Assembly (NCBI GenBank): GCA_043228905.1
Contig: JBHGNT010000006.1
Location: forward strand, 16,678,001 to 16,742,000
Length of the DNA: 64,000 bases
Direction of reading: 5' to 3'
DNA from: Azolla caroliniana
Taxonomy: Eukaryota > Plantae > Polypodiophyta
The notes beneath the pieces were generated by a model. It saw only the letters and a program-made list of their open reading frames with translations, searched no databases and had not been told where the DNA came from. Every line of letters starts with the position of its first letter. The stretch's first letter is position 1. Of the stretch, positions 42,901 to 54,500 are shown in pieces. The position numbers and the translations under genes are program-made.

Positions 42901-43743
42901 ACCGACCAAGATGCATTTCTCTGACTTTGCATCCAACTTCCTCCGCTTCGCATCCGGCACATGTACATATGCAATACTACCAAATATCCAAAGATGTCTC
43001 AAATTCGGTTTACGCTCGAAATACAGCTCATGCGCGGACACCTTGTCACCGATTCGGTTTTGGATGTAGACGGCCGTTCGGATTGCCTCGGCCCGGGAGA
43101 AATGGGGCATGCTCTTTTCCTCCAGCATTGCCCTTGTCGCGTTGACAATCGACCAGTTCTTCCTTTTGGCCACATCATTTTGCTCCGGTGTGTATCTGCA
43201 GCTGAACTCTCTCCGAATTCCTTTTTGCTGCAGATAACTATTGAATTGGCCGGAAAATTATTCTTTCTCGCCATCCGACCGTAGGCACTTGATCTTCCTC
43301 TCCGTTTCCCGTTCAACCAAGCTTTGTAGGTTCCGGAAACACTCGAAGACTTCGCTCTTCCGCTCAATGAGGTAGATCCATGTGTGCCGCGTATAGTCAT
43401 CGATGAAGGAGACGAAGTATCTACTCCCGCCAAGACTAACGTTCTGTGTCGGTCCCCATACATCCAAATGGATTAGATTGAGCTTGTTGTAGCTCCGGTT
43501 TCGTTCGGTGGGGAATGGAAGCCGGTGTTGCTTCCCGAGTTGGCAGGCTTCACATACTTGGGCCTTCCGGCCACTAAACTTTGGCAAACTGAAAACAACT
43601 TGTTTTGTTTGCAAGTCTTGAAGCCTCTGGTAATTGACGTGGCCGATCTGCTTGTGCCAGAGATCGATGTCCGATTCAATCTTCTGTCCTTTGGCGAACA
43701 AAGCGGTGCCAACGTCATTGGTGTCGAGGATGAACATCCTCCC

Positions 43744-46700
43744 TGTTACCGGCCGACAAAGGAGTTCAGAGTGGGAAAAGGGGAGTTATTTAAGTAGTAG
43801 GAATGTGGTTGTAATTAAGCTATGAGTGTGGATGGACGGACCGGAATCGGTATGCCGTTCCGGATCCGGACCGATCCCGAACAAGTGCGGATGGCACCGT
43901 TTTGTAATACAGACCGGAAACCTATTTAAAGGCCCGGATACAATGTAATGAATAGCGGTTAATTAATAAAGCTTAGTGTTGTTATCTCTGTGTGTTAATT
44001 GCCGTTCTGCCTTAATTGTTATATCTTACGTGTGTGATTATGAAAGACGATCATGCTAAGCAACTTAATTAAGTCGGATTAATCGTTGAGTCTAATCCTG
44101 TTGCCGTAACACCCTTTGGTGAAGTGTCTTCCGTAGACACCCTGTGTTAGGCCATTGTCCGGCCCTAAGAGTTAACATAGTTTTTGGCGACCACGATTCC
44201 TGTTTTTGCAGCGAACGACGGCACAGATGGATGTCTAGATCAACGCACGACCTGGTTACAGATCGAACTCGACACCTTGCCGAAAGACAAAGGAGACGTG
44301 AGGCTTTCCAGCAAGCGGCGCAGGAAATTAGAGCGGATCGCTCGTTTTCCAACGTAATCCGGAGAGTAGCAGAGGACTCCCTCTGGTTACAGCAAACATC
44401 GCACCCGGACGACGGCAGCAGCCTAAGCAGCCTCCGGGAAATCGAATCCCTTCTCCAGGCGTTGGCAAGCGGAGAAGGCGAAGCAAAAGCCTTTTCAGCG
44501 TATTAATCGGACTTCGAAGGGGAATACAACGTGCACACAAACTACCGTAGCAGCAACGAAACCCCAGGCGGACCGGAGGACGAAGGATCGGATACCTTAC
44601 TAACACCGGAACCGGAAGTGCTAACGCTGGAACCCCCGGAACCAGCAGAGGAAGAGCGACCTCCGACACCGGAAGTCGAAGAGGAGAGGCCTCCGTCACC
44701 AAAAGAAGAGGAAAAACCACTGACGCCGGAGAAAATTCCGGAACGAGCACCAACACTGCCAGCCCGCGCACCGATACTGGACGACGACATGCCGTTCCAG
44801 TACTCCAAGTATAGAGATGATCCGGACGCGGAAGCTCATGTGCACGCCTTTGAACAGACATGGGAAGCCAACCATGTGTCCCAGCGATTGACCCCGGATG
44901 AAGAAGAACACTCTAAGATAGCGGAATTTGGCGTCACATTGGAGGGACCGGCAGCAAGATGGCGCCGGACGCAGGACTCGTCTACTATCAACACCTTTGC
45001 AGATTTAAAAGCTAAATTCTTGCATTTTTTCCAAAAGGAGGTGGACTAGACCGTAATGGTAGGCTTATTTTATACCATCTGACAGGAAGCAGGGGAGAGC
45101 ATTCCCTAGTTTGTCATCCGGTTTCAACGGATGCATAGTCAGCTTGCCCGCGCACCCCCGGAGGAGGAATTACGGACTATATTCCTAAACGCGCTCCGGG
45201 AACCCCTACGCACGGTTTGCACGGTAATTGACTTCCGCACAAGTACCATCGACCAGGTCATTGACCGGGTGAGAGAGATGGAAAAGACAAGCTCCTGGCT
45301 CACACTGGGAGCACTCCAACGGGCGTTACCGTCCGATGAAGACCTCCGGTTTCGGCAAGAAATACAATGCACAACCTGCTTGAATTCCGGACACTCGGCT
45401 CTAGAATGCACTATGAGGACGCAATGTGTAATCTGTCAATCCAAGGGCCATACGACGGATAGGTGCGAGTATAATCTATTGAACCGGCAAGCACCGCCGG
45501 TCCGACAAATTGAGCCACGCAGTAGCCAGGATGAAGAAGAGGAACGCTGGTGGCAAATGGACCGCGACCGACCGGCACAGGATGTCCAGTACGGCGATCG
45601 GCGGGATAACTATGAACGGCATGATCGGTACCAAGAGTACAATAAACGATACGAACATTACGACCGGGAGCACTCCCCCGGGTATCGTCAGCAACGGGAG
45701 GAATACAGTAGATATAATGGGCAACCTCGTCAAGAGTACCGCAATAAGAAGAGCTATAACAAAAAACGACATTTCAAAAAAGGCGGCTACCCACGGGATC
45801 CGAAACAAGGAGCTTCAAGCAGCCAACCGGCCCAAAACCTCGCGCGTACCACAGGACCTGCCTCGGGTACAACAGACAATGCCGAATCCAGCAATACCCG
45901 GAAAGCCTACTGCCACTACTGCCAACAGGAAGGCCATTATAGTAATCAATGCCCGGTGAAGAGCTATGAAAAATGACCGGCGGTAAATATGGTAGTCCCC
46001 GAGGTGGCAGATCTGCAGCAGGTGACCACAAGGTCGAAGGGCATGGCCAAGGAATGGGAGACGCAGGAGACCATCTGGAAACAAGCGACGGATTACTACA
46101 CGAAATGGGTGGAGGCCAAAGCATTAATAGACAACACCGCTGCGTCAACGGCGAAATTTCTATACGAATACATCTGGTGCCGTTACGGATGCCCAATCGA
46201 ATTAATAAACGACCAAGGGGGGCACTTTCTCGGCCAAGTAGTTGAAAGCCTGACAACATTCTATGCCGTTGTCCATAAACGGAGCACACCTTACTATCCG
46301 CAAGCGAACGGTTTAGCGGAATCGACGAACAAAACGCTCCAGAATATCCTTCGGAAGATCATCAACGAAAACCGAACGGATTGGGATACCAAGTTACATA
46401 GCGCGCTTTGGGCATACCAGACGACATACAAAACGAGCATCCGAACAACACCGTTCCGGTTAGCGTTCGGACTAGAGGCGGTAATGCCGGTGGAATTCCA
46501 AGTACCCAGCTTACGGATCTAGCTACGGGAACGGCTGAACGAGAAGGAGTCGGAGGCAATACGGTTAACAACGCTGTGTGAACTCGAGGAACAACGACTG
46601 GCAAGCATCCTGCACTTAGAATTGGAACAACGGCGACGGAAAGCATTTGTCGACCGGCACAGGAAAGGAAACGAAAAAATGTTCGCAATCGGCAAACCGG

Positions 46701-49700
46701 TGTTAGTATTTCAGACCCGGATGGGCAAGATATGCCGGGTAAACTACGGTTTAGATGGACCGGACCGTATTGGCTAACACATGAGTATAATGGGTCCTAC
46801 CAGTTAGGGACACTTGCCGACGAAGTGCTAGGCAAATGGGTCAACGAATTCCGATTGAAGCCATATAGAGGACCGATGCCTAAGAACCCATTTGAGCAAA
46901 GGACCGACACTAGTGAGGGAAATGACAACCACCAAGACGGCGAGCCGTTAACTGGGGAGAATGAGGCCGGTAAGGGTCCGAGAGGACCAACGGACAAGTA
47001 ACGTCACACTAATAATAATAATAAAAAAAAAAAAAAAAAAAAACAACGAAGTAATCATGCAAAAGCGAGGAATGAATGGATAAAAGAGCGAGGAGCGAAA
47101 AGGTACGTAGTGGGCATTTAAAGCGCCACCACAGGACATAATGCTATTTTAGTACACGACGTGCACACACTCGAAAAAGGCGCCAGAATGCACAGAGAAA
47201 AACCACTGCGCGTGGAGACCCTTTACTTTCACGAACCCAAGAGCACAGAAGCACCAAGGCGCTGCAAGATCATCAGACAAGAACCTACGCACAGAGAACC
47301 CCTGCCTTCTGAACTCTCTCTCTCTCAATCTCACTCTCATCAACATCCAACCTCACCACCGCAATCCGACCTCGACACAGACATGGACCCGCAAACGTTG
47401 TCGGAAGCCGCCAAGACATGGCTAAAGCAACACGGGCTCGAGGGCTTCTTGATGATGATGGAAGTACCGCCACACAAAGAAGCCGACAAGGTGATCAAAG
47501 AAATCGACACAGAGGTCATAACAGCAGAGGCGATTCGAGCGTTAACAGGCCTTCCGGAGGGAGGCATACTCACGATTGACAATCCAACCCCGGAGCAACT
47601 CATCAGGTATTTTGGTGAGTACTCCCTAGCCAGCAAGGGCTACCGGACACAGGGCGGCGGAGATATGCTATTCCGCGAGATTGCTCGTGTGCTCCATGAA
47701 TACGGTCATGTGTACCCTAGACCCCCTGTCATGCTGCAGAACCGGGCAGGGATGATCATCGCCACCTATGAAGGGATCAAGGTGGATTGGCCGGTATTGA
47801 TCGCAGATGGGTTGTGTGCGGCGATCGAGATCGTCAGAGGCAAAGACGGCAAAGAAGGCCGAGACGGACGGAGGATATGGCACGCCGTAATGCAGTGGCT
47901 CACCTTGCTTGTGCCACCCGTCCAGCCCGTCCAGCCCAAGAAGCGAGGAAGAGTGGCGGACGACACCCCAAAGACGGCTTCCAAAAGACAACAGCTGTTG
48001 GCCTCTAAGGTCACTAAGGGGAAGGCGGCGGACGCAGAACAGGCGGGAAAGGAGAGCGGCAGCCGGAAGCGACCAACAGATGCGTAGGAGGAACCACCGG
48101 CACGACCCGTAAAGGTTACACTCCGCCGATCGGTGAATAGAGAAGCGGACCCCTTGGCGGCAAAACTCAATGCCGGGACTTAGGAAGAGGAAATAGAGGA
48201 GGATCCTACAGAGCACCTCCAGCGACGGTCGTCGGCAAGGACCGTTGAGGTAGCCGGGAAACGTTCGGACCCTCAGACGGAGGGAACACCGGCTCCCCAT
48301 ACTGAGACTCCCACGCCAAGGAAGGAACCGGAACCGGTGCACATGGCACCGGAATCAGAAGCCCCGGCACCACCGGCAACACCGGCAAGTCCCATCCCGC
48401 CAGAGCCGGAAAGGTCAATGCAGCCTCCTTCGGCCAACCAAGAAGAAGCGCAAGGGGAACCAGGACAACAGGGTGGTCCACGGGCAGAAACGGAATTGCA
48501 ACTCGGCGCAACCAGGCGGGACCACCCATCTACAAGTGAGCCCATCTGTCAAACCTCCGTGCAAGCACAACAATGCACCGGTAGCCTGTGGCTCTGGTGG
48601 ATAGGCGAACGGATAGCCGGAGCAGTGGGGTATATTGAGGCGGAAGAAAGAGCGCAAAGCGAACGATTGCTCGTCACAACCGAACAACTAGAGACGGCCC
48701 GGTCCAGAATCCGGTGCCTTGAAAAAGACTTGGATCAGGTCACGACAGAGATGGCCAAAATGGCCTTAACGACAACACAGATCCAATCACCGGTGACTTC
48801 GGTAAGTGTACAGAATAAAGAAACGGATCGACCTATACATACCAATAAGACCCAGGCAACGGAAACCGTTCCGGCGAGAGATGCGGCGCAAGCCCAGGAG
48901 CTTGCGGAATTGAGAGATGAACTTGCCGCACAAGAAGCGCTAAGGAGCCGTGAATGGGAATTGAAGACAACGGCCGAAGCTGAATTAAAGAAGACTGCTG
49001 AGAACCTCCGCCGGGCAGAGGAGAGCCTCCGGAAAGGCCATCAAGCGTACGACCGGCTAAAGACAAAGTGCTGCAGGAAAAGGACAAGCTGCGGAAGACG
49101 GCGGAAATGGAAATTGAACGGCTAAAGGAAGAGCTCCGCCAACAGAAGGACCGCGAGGACCGGGCCCGTCGACAGATCAACGCACGGCTCAAGCAAAAGA
49201 CAGATGAATTTGAGCACATGCACCGGGACTACAAACGGCTGGAAACGGAGCATAAGGAACGGATGGCCGAGCTCCAGCAGGAAGTTGATCGGGCCGCGAC
49301 GGCGATCGCCGACGAACGTGCGGAAAATATAAGACGCTTGGACGAGGCAGAGAAGGTCCGGATGGAGCTCTAGAGGCAACAGCAGGAAGAAAAGGAGAGA
49401 GCGTCAACGGTATTGCAGAAATTACAAAGCACATATCAAAGGCAATTGACGCATTACAAGGAGCAGGCGGAGGACAACGTCAAAATCATCAAGCAACTGA
49501 AGGAGGAACGGCAAGCGGCGGAAAGCAAATCGCAATTGGGAACGGGCCGGATTCAGTCCATCCTCCGGGCATGGCTAACGCGGCAGAACTCTAATTGCTA
49601 TGGGTAGACGTGGCAAACCGGCGGAAGGAAGGAGATGATTGTTATACGTTGACTTCCGAGGACTTCACCGCCATACGGGACGAGCTGGCCGACGACTTCC

Positions 49701-50577
49701 AAGTCCTGGCGGATGAACAACTGGCGCAGGTCAGGCAACTCGTAGCTCAGCTAGACGATGATAGGCTGGACGCTCAAATCCAGTTTGAAAGCTACGAGCG
49801 GTCCCCGGTTTGGGAAGAAAAAGCACGGGAAGCGGCAACGGTTAACCTTAGTGATGAGGAACCGTCACCGGTTGAGGGCCAACCCGGGACCAGTCAACCG
49901 GAGACCACTACGACGAAGGGAGCAACGACGGAGACGCCGGTGTCAGAGCAACAAACGGAGGAGCAACCATCAACGGACCCGTCGCAACAGGCATCAACAC
50001 AGCAGCAACAACAACAACAACAACCAATTCCAGATGAACCATTGGAGACTCTCGAACAAAGCATTCTGGATATTTTGGACGAAGAATAGCAAGGGTCGGT
50101 TGGGGATTAAACGTACAAGGTACTGTCCCACGGGCGTGCCATGTGTTACCGGCCGGCAAAGGAGTCCAGTGTGGGAAAAGGGGAGTTATTTAAGTAGTAG
50201 GAATGTGGTTGTAATTAAGCTATGAGTGTGGACGGACGGACCGGAATCGGTATGCCGTTCCGGATCCGGACCGATCCCGAACAGGTGCGGATGACACCGT
50301 TTTGTAATACAGACCGGAAACCTATTTAAAGGCCCGGATACAATGTAATGAATAACGGTTAATTAATAAAGCTTAGTGTTGTTATCTCTGTGTGTTAATT
50401 GCCGTTCTGCCTTAATTGTTATATCTTACGCGTGTGATTATGAAAGACGATCATGCTAAGCAACTTAATTAAGTCGGATTAATCGTTGAGTCTAATCCTG
50501 TTGCCGTAACACCCTTTGGTGAAGTGTCTTCCGTAGACACCCTGTGTTAGGCCATTGTTCGGCCCTAAGAGTTAACA
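43744..50577 (+). mobile_element. Non-autonomous Ty3/gypsy (non-chromovirus-like); LTRs 43744-44177 and 50144-50577
   Basis: TSD ctccc; 434-bp TG...CA LTRs with ~9 differences by eye; PBS tggcgaccacg; gag with three zinc knuckles joined directly to the integrase core (TDYYTKWVEA, YYPQANGLAE, RWTGPY). Confidence 0.95.
47383..50089 (+). pseudogene. Extra 3' sense ORF of the gypsy element (~900 codons, disrupted): globular N-domain, Pro-rich linker, long coiled coil, acidic tail
   Basis: ORF pieces 47161-48087, 48337-49125, 49068-49373, 49413-49607, 49595-50089 linked by in-frame TAG stops and two frameshifts; lies between integrase and the 3' LTR. Confidence 0.75.
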
Positions 50578-51196
50578 CTCCCATCTCTACGCCTTTGCGC
50601 AATAATCTGACCCTCTTCCTCGATGAAGCACCCAAGGTGCGTAAACCTCACATGCATCCCTTGTTCAATGATCTGACCGACTGACACGAGGTTCTTCGTG
50701 ATAGTCGGAACGTTGTCGTGAAGATCCGTCACTTGGCGTGGATCGCAAGGCGGAACCGCCAAGGTTCTGGACTAGAAGGACTCGAAGTTTGCACAAGCTT
50801 TAGCGGGAAAGGAATTAAGATAGATTGAAAGAGAGAGAGATTGAGATAAGATAGAACGCTTGATTTTAGATTGAGAGAGAGATTAAGAACTCTTGACTTT
50901 AGATTTCAAGAACAAGGTATATCATCAAAAGGATAACGAATTTTCTTCTTAATATTAATTTTGATTTAAAGTACAAAGCTTTCTTTTTTATCCCCAAAAT
51001 CCCCATTGATCTTTTTCATTCCCTCTTTTATAGATGCCCTCATGCATTTGAGGGTTCAAGACATGCATAAAATGCACGTTTGCCATTTGGCGCTCATGTA
51101 TTACATGTGGTGCATGATAACCATGTCACTCATTTTAGCTCTCATGTATGAGAATTTATATGTAAAAGTAAAATGATAGAAATATAAATTCAACTA

Positions 51197-51268
51197 AATG
51201 TCATGGCTTAGTGGTAAGCCTATTGACTCTTAACTAGGAGGTGCAAGGTTCGAATCCTCACTTGCCCT
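51197..51268 (+). other. tRNA-derived sequence (Lys-CTT-like) with A and B boxes; not a functional tRNA
   Basis: A box TGGCTTAGTGG with D-stem gctt/aagc; loop ctCTTaa; B box GGTTCGAATCC; acceptor and anticodon stems poorly paired. Confidence 0.65.
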
Positions 51269-51509
51269 CCTTGATGTCATGGTTACCGGTGGCTGCCGTA
51301 TGTCGGTTCCACCGGCTCGCTTGCTCCGTCTCCGTCGGATCACCGGTTGCCGGTGTGCCTCCGGTGATAAGATAATAAGTAGCTAGGCCACCTCCACTCT
51401 TAGTTCAAGTTACCTTGAAATCTCTATGCTCCACACATAGACACAAAGATAATAGCTTTTGCTCTACCTTATATATGATAAGAGCCGTATTTGTCGTGCC
51501 TATGTGGGA

Positions 51510-54500
51510 TGTGAAAGATTGCTTGCGGAAGCGTTAGAAAGAACAATACAGAGAGAGAGAGAGAGTACGCGGGAGAGAGACAGAGAGAGAGAGCAAAACA
51601 CACTATATTTCAAAATTATATGAATACTCTGTGCTCCGTATCTACAACGCGCTCATCAGTGCAATTTATACAAGTCCACACGGGACTGTTAGAAGTACGA
51701 TGTACTTCAATGCTCACACGAGCATCTGACACTAACTACGAGACTATAACTGCCTAGTAGTCTAACCTATATTAGGCTTCCGGTTACGGATTGGATCCGG
51801 CATACCGGCTCCCCAGCTCACCGGTCCTTACTGCTTACCGGCTCGGTTGCTCACCGGCATACCGATTCATCTCGCTTACCGGCTCAGGCTTATTCAGCCG
51901 ATCCAGCTCCGATTGAGCTTGCCGCTCAACACTCCCCCTCAAGGTCAACCTGAGGTAGGGTCATAGTGTCAACCTCTGTGGCAACCGGTTCTTCCAACCG
52001 ACTTCTCCTGGCGTCGCTTCGCCTTGCTCGCGCTCCTTGTCTAGTCCGGTCCCGTTTGCCGCGACCCCTTTGGTTCGGCGCGCCTCGACCTTCAGCATGT
52101 CTGCTCAATAGGCCCATCTCAGCTCCTTCGCTGCTATGACTCCGGCGCTTGCCGATCCGTCGGTTCCTCTGTGATGGCATCGACTTCCGTTGCGTCTGTG
52201 TCTCCTTGGCCTCTCGTTGATCCGACTCATCCGGATCCGTCTGTTGATCCGAATCGGTTGTCTCCGACTTGTTCCAGCTCTTGTCCGAATCGGTATCCTC
52301 CGATTCGATTTTCGGCTTCACGCCTCTCACCACATCGGACCACGTCCGGGTCTTGGCCTTCTCCGTGCTTCCCTTAGCATCTTCAGCTGGTTCACCGACT
52401 TGTTCGGATGTGCCGACTTCCTTCGTCGACTCGACTTCATTTTTCTTCTTGTCTCCACCTCTACCGGTTCTTCTCTTACCTACGGGTTCAACAATTTTTT
52501 TGCCTTTGCCCGTTTCGGTAGTGGCTTTGGTAGTGTCTTTGCCCTTGCGTCTCCCCCTCAAGTGCGGCACGTCGAGATACCGAACACCAAGCATTTTGGT
52601 AAAGTGCCGCAACTTGTCTGACCCGAGCGGCTTGGTGAAGATGTCGGCAACTTGCCGATCCGTGTGAACATACCGTAGTTCAACTTCACCGCTCAGGACC
52701 CGCTCACGCACGAAGTGATAATGCACTTCTATGTGCTTTGTGCGAGCATGGAACACAGGGTTCTTGGCGAGCTGCATGCTGCTGAGGTTATCGCAGTAGA
52801 TCAGGATCAGGGTTGGTGCTTCGATCTGCAGGTCTTGCAGTAGTCGCCGAAGCCAAATGGCTTCGCAGGTGGCAATGGTCGTGCCCCGGTATTCAGCCTC
52901 AGTGCTGGATAGAGCCACTGTTGGCTGCTTTTTGCTACTCCACGCAACAGCCGCGCTCCCAAGAGAAAACAAAAAGCTGGAAGTTGAGCGACGATCCGTT
53001 GCATCGCCAGCCCAGTCGGCATCCGTGTAGCCGACAAGCTCTTCGGTTATACCTTGTCGGTATAAGAGCCCCCGGTCCTTAGTGCCGCTTACATACCTCA
53101 GTATTCGTTGCGCGCACTGAAGGTGCTCCACGGTCGGCTTCTGCATGAATTGGCTTACCACTCTGACCAGATAGCTGATGTCGGGTTGGGTGATGGTCAA
53201 GTAGATCAGGCTTCCGACTATTTGTCAGAACCGTTTCTCATTGGAGGCTGGTCCAGAGTTGGGACGGATCTTTTGATTCCGGTCCAGGGGTGTGGAGATA
53301 GGTCGGCATTCCGTCATGCCGAACTTGTACTGTATATTCAACACATAATGGCGTTGAGAAAGCAATATACCGTCGGGAGTGCGAATCACCTCGATCCCCA
53401 AAAAATAATGAAGGTCCCCCAAGTCCTTCATATCGAATGCGTTCGACAACTGGGACTTGACGCGGTTGATTTCCGGAAGGCCTGGGCCGGTGATGACTAA
53501 ATCATCAACATAGAGTAAGATACATACCGGACCGTTTGAGCCTTGACGGATGAACAGGGAAGAGTCCGACTTAGAGGCAACAAACCCCATCTTTCGCAAC
53601 CGGTGCGTGACCTTAGCATTCCAAGCATGGGGGCTTGCTTCAAGCCGTACAACGACTTCCTCAGCCGGCATACCGCTGACTTGTTCACCTCTGATTGAAA
53701 TCCGGGGGGCTGAGTCATAATGACTTCTTCTTCAAGATCTCCTTGAAGGAAGGCATTCTTCACATCCATCTGATGAAGATGCCACCCCCTTGCTGCATCA
53801 ACCGCCAGTACCACACGAACTGTTGTCATCTTCGCTACAGGAGCGAAGGTCTCGTCGTAGTCGATTCCGTGGGTCTGCGCATATTCCTTCGCCACTAATC
53901 GGGCCTTGTACCGGTTAACTGTACCGTCGACATTGTACTTTACCTTGTACACCCACTTGCATCCGATCGGTTTACAGTGATGGGGAGGGTCAACCAGGTC
54001 CCAAGTTCCGTTGGCATCCAGTGCCAACATTTCTTCCTCCATAGCGGCACGCCAATTTGCGTCCTTTGCCGCTTCTGCGTAGCTCTCCGGCTCATGCACT
54101 TCCGCAACCTTGGTCATGTACGCATAATGATGCGCCATGTACTCGTTATACCCATACCGTTTAACGGGATCCTTCTGGTGGGTGGACCGGTGTAACTCAC
54201 CGTTACCCGGTATGAGACCCTTCTTGGCTGGTTCGGTCTTCGTTCCCGAAGATCTGCCTATGTCCTTGCCGAGGTCAGATACGCACCGATCCGACTCATC
54301 ATTGCCGGTCTCGAATTCCGGCATCTTCTGCTTCCCTTTCTCTTTGCGTGTGAACCGTCTCCTCGGTTCCTTGCGCGGGGAGAGCACGACAGAGTCTCCA
54401 CTACTCGCCGTCTCATCATCCGACTGGTTGGACTGATCCAGTCTCTCATTTGGTCCGCTTAACCGGAACGATTCCGAACTCCCATCTTGAGTCCCAATTT

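Noticed and set aside
47383-50089. Retroviral env gene
   Set aside because: No signal peptide or transmembrane segment visible; the sequence is mostly coiled coil and low complexity
51197-51268. Functional tRNA-Lys gene
   Set aside because: Acceptor and anticodon stems do not pair; kept only as a tRNA-derived cassette
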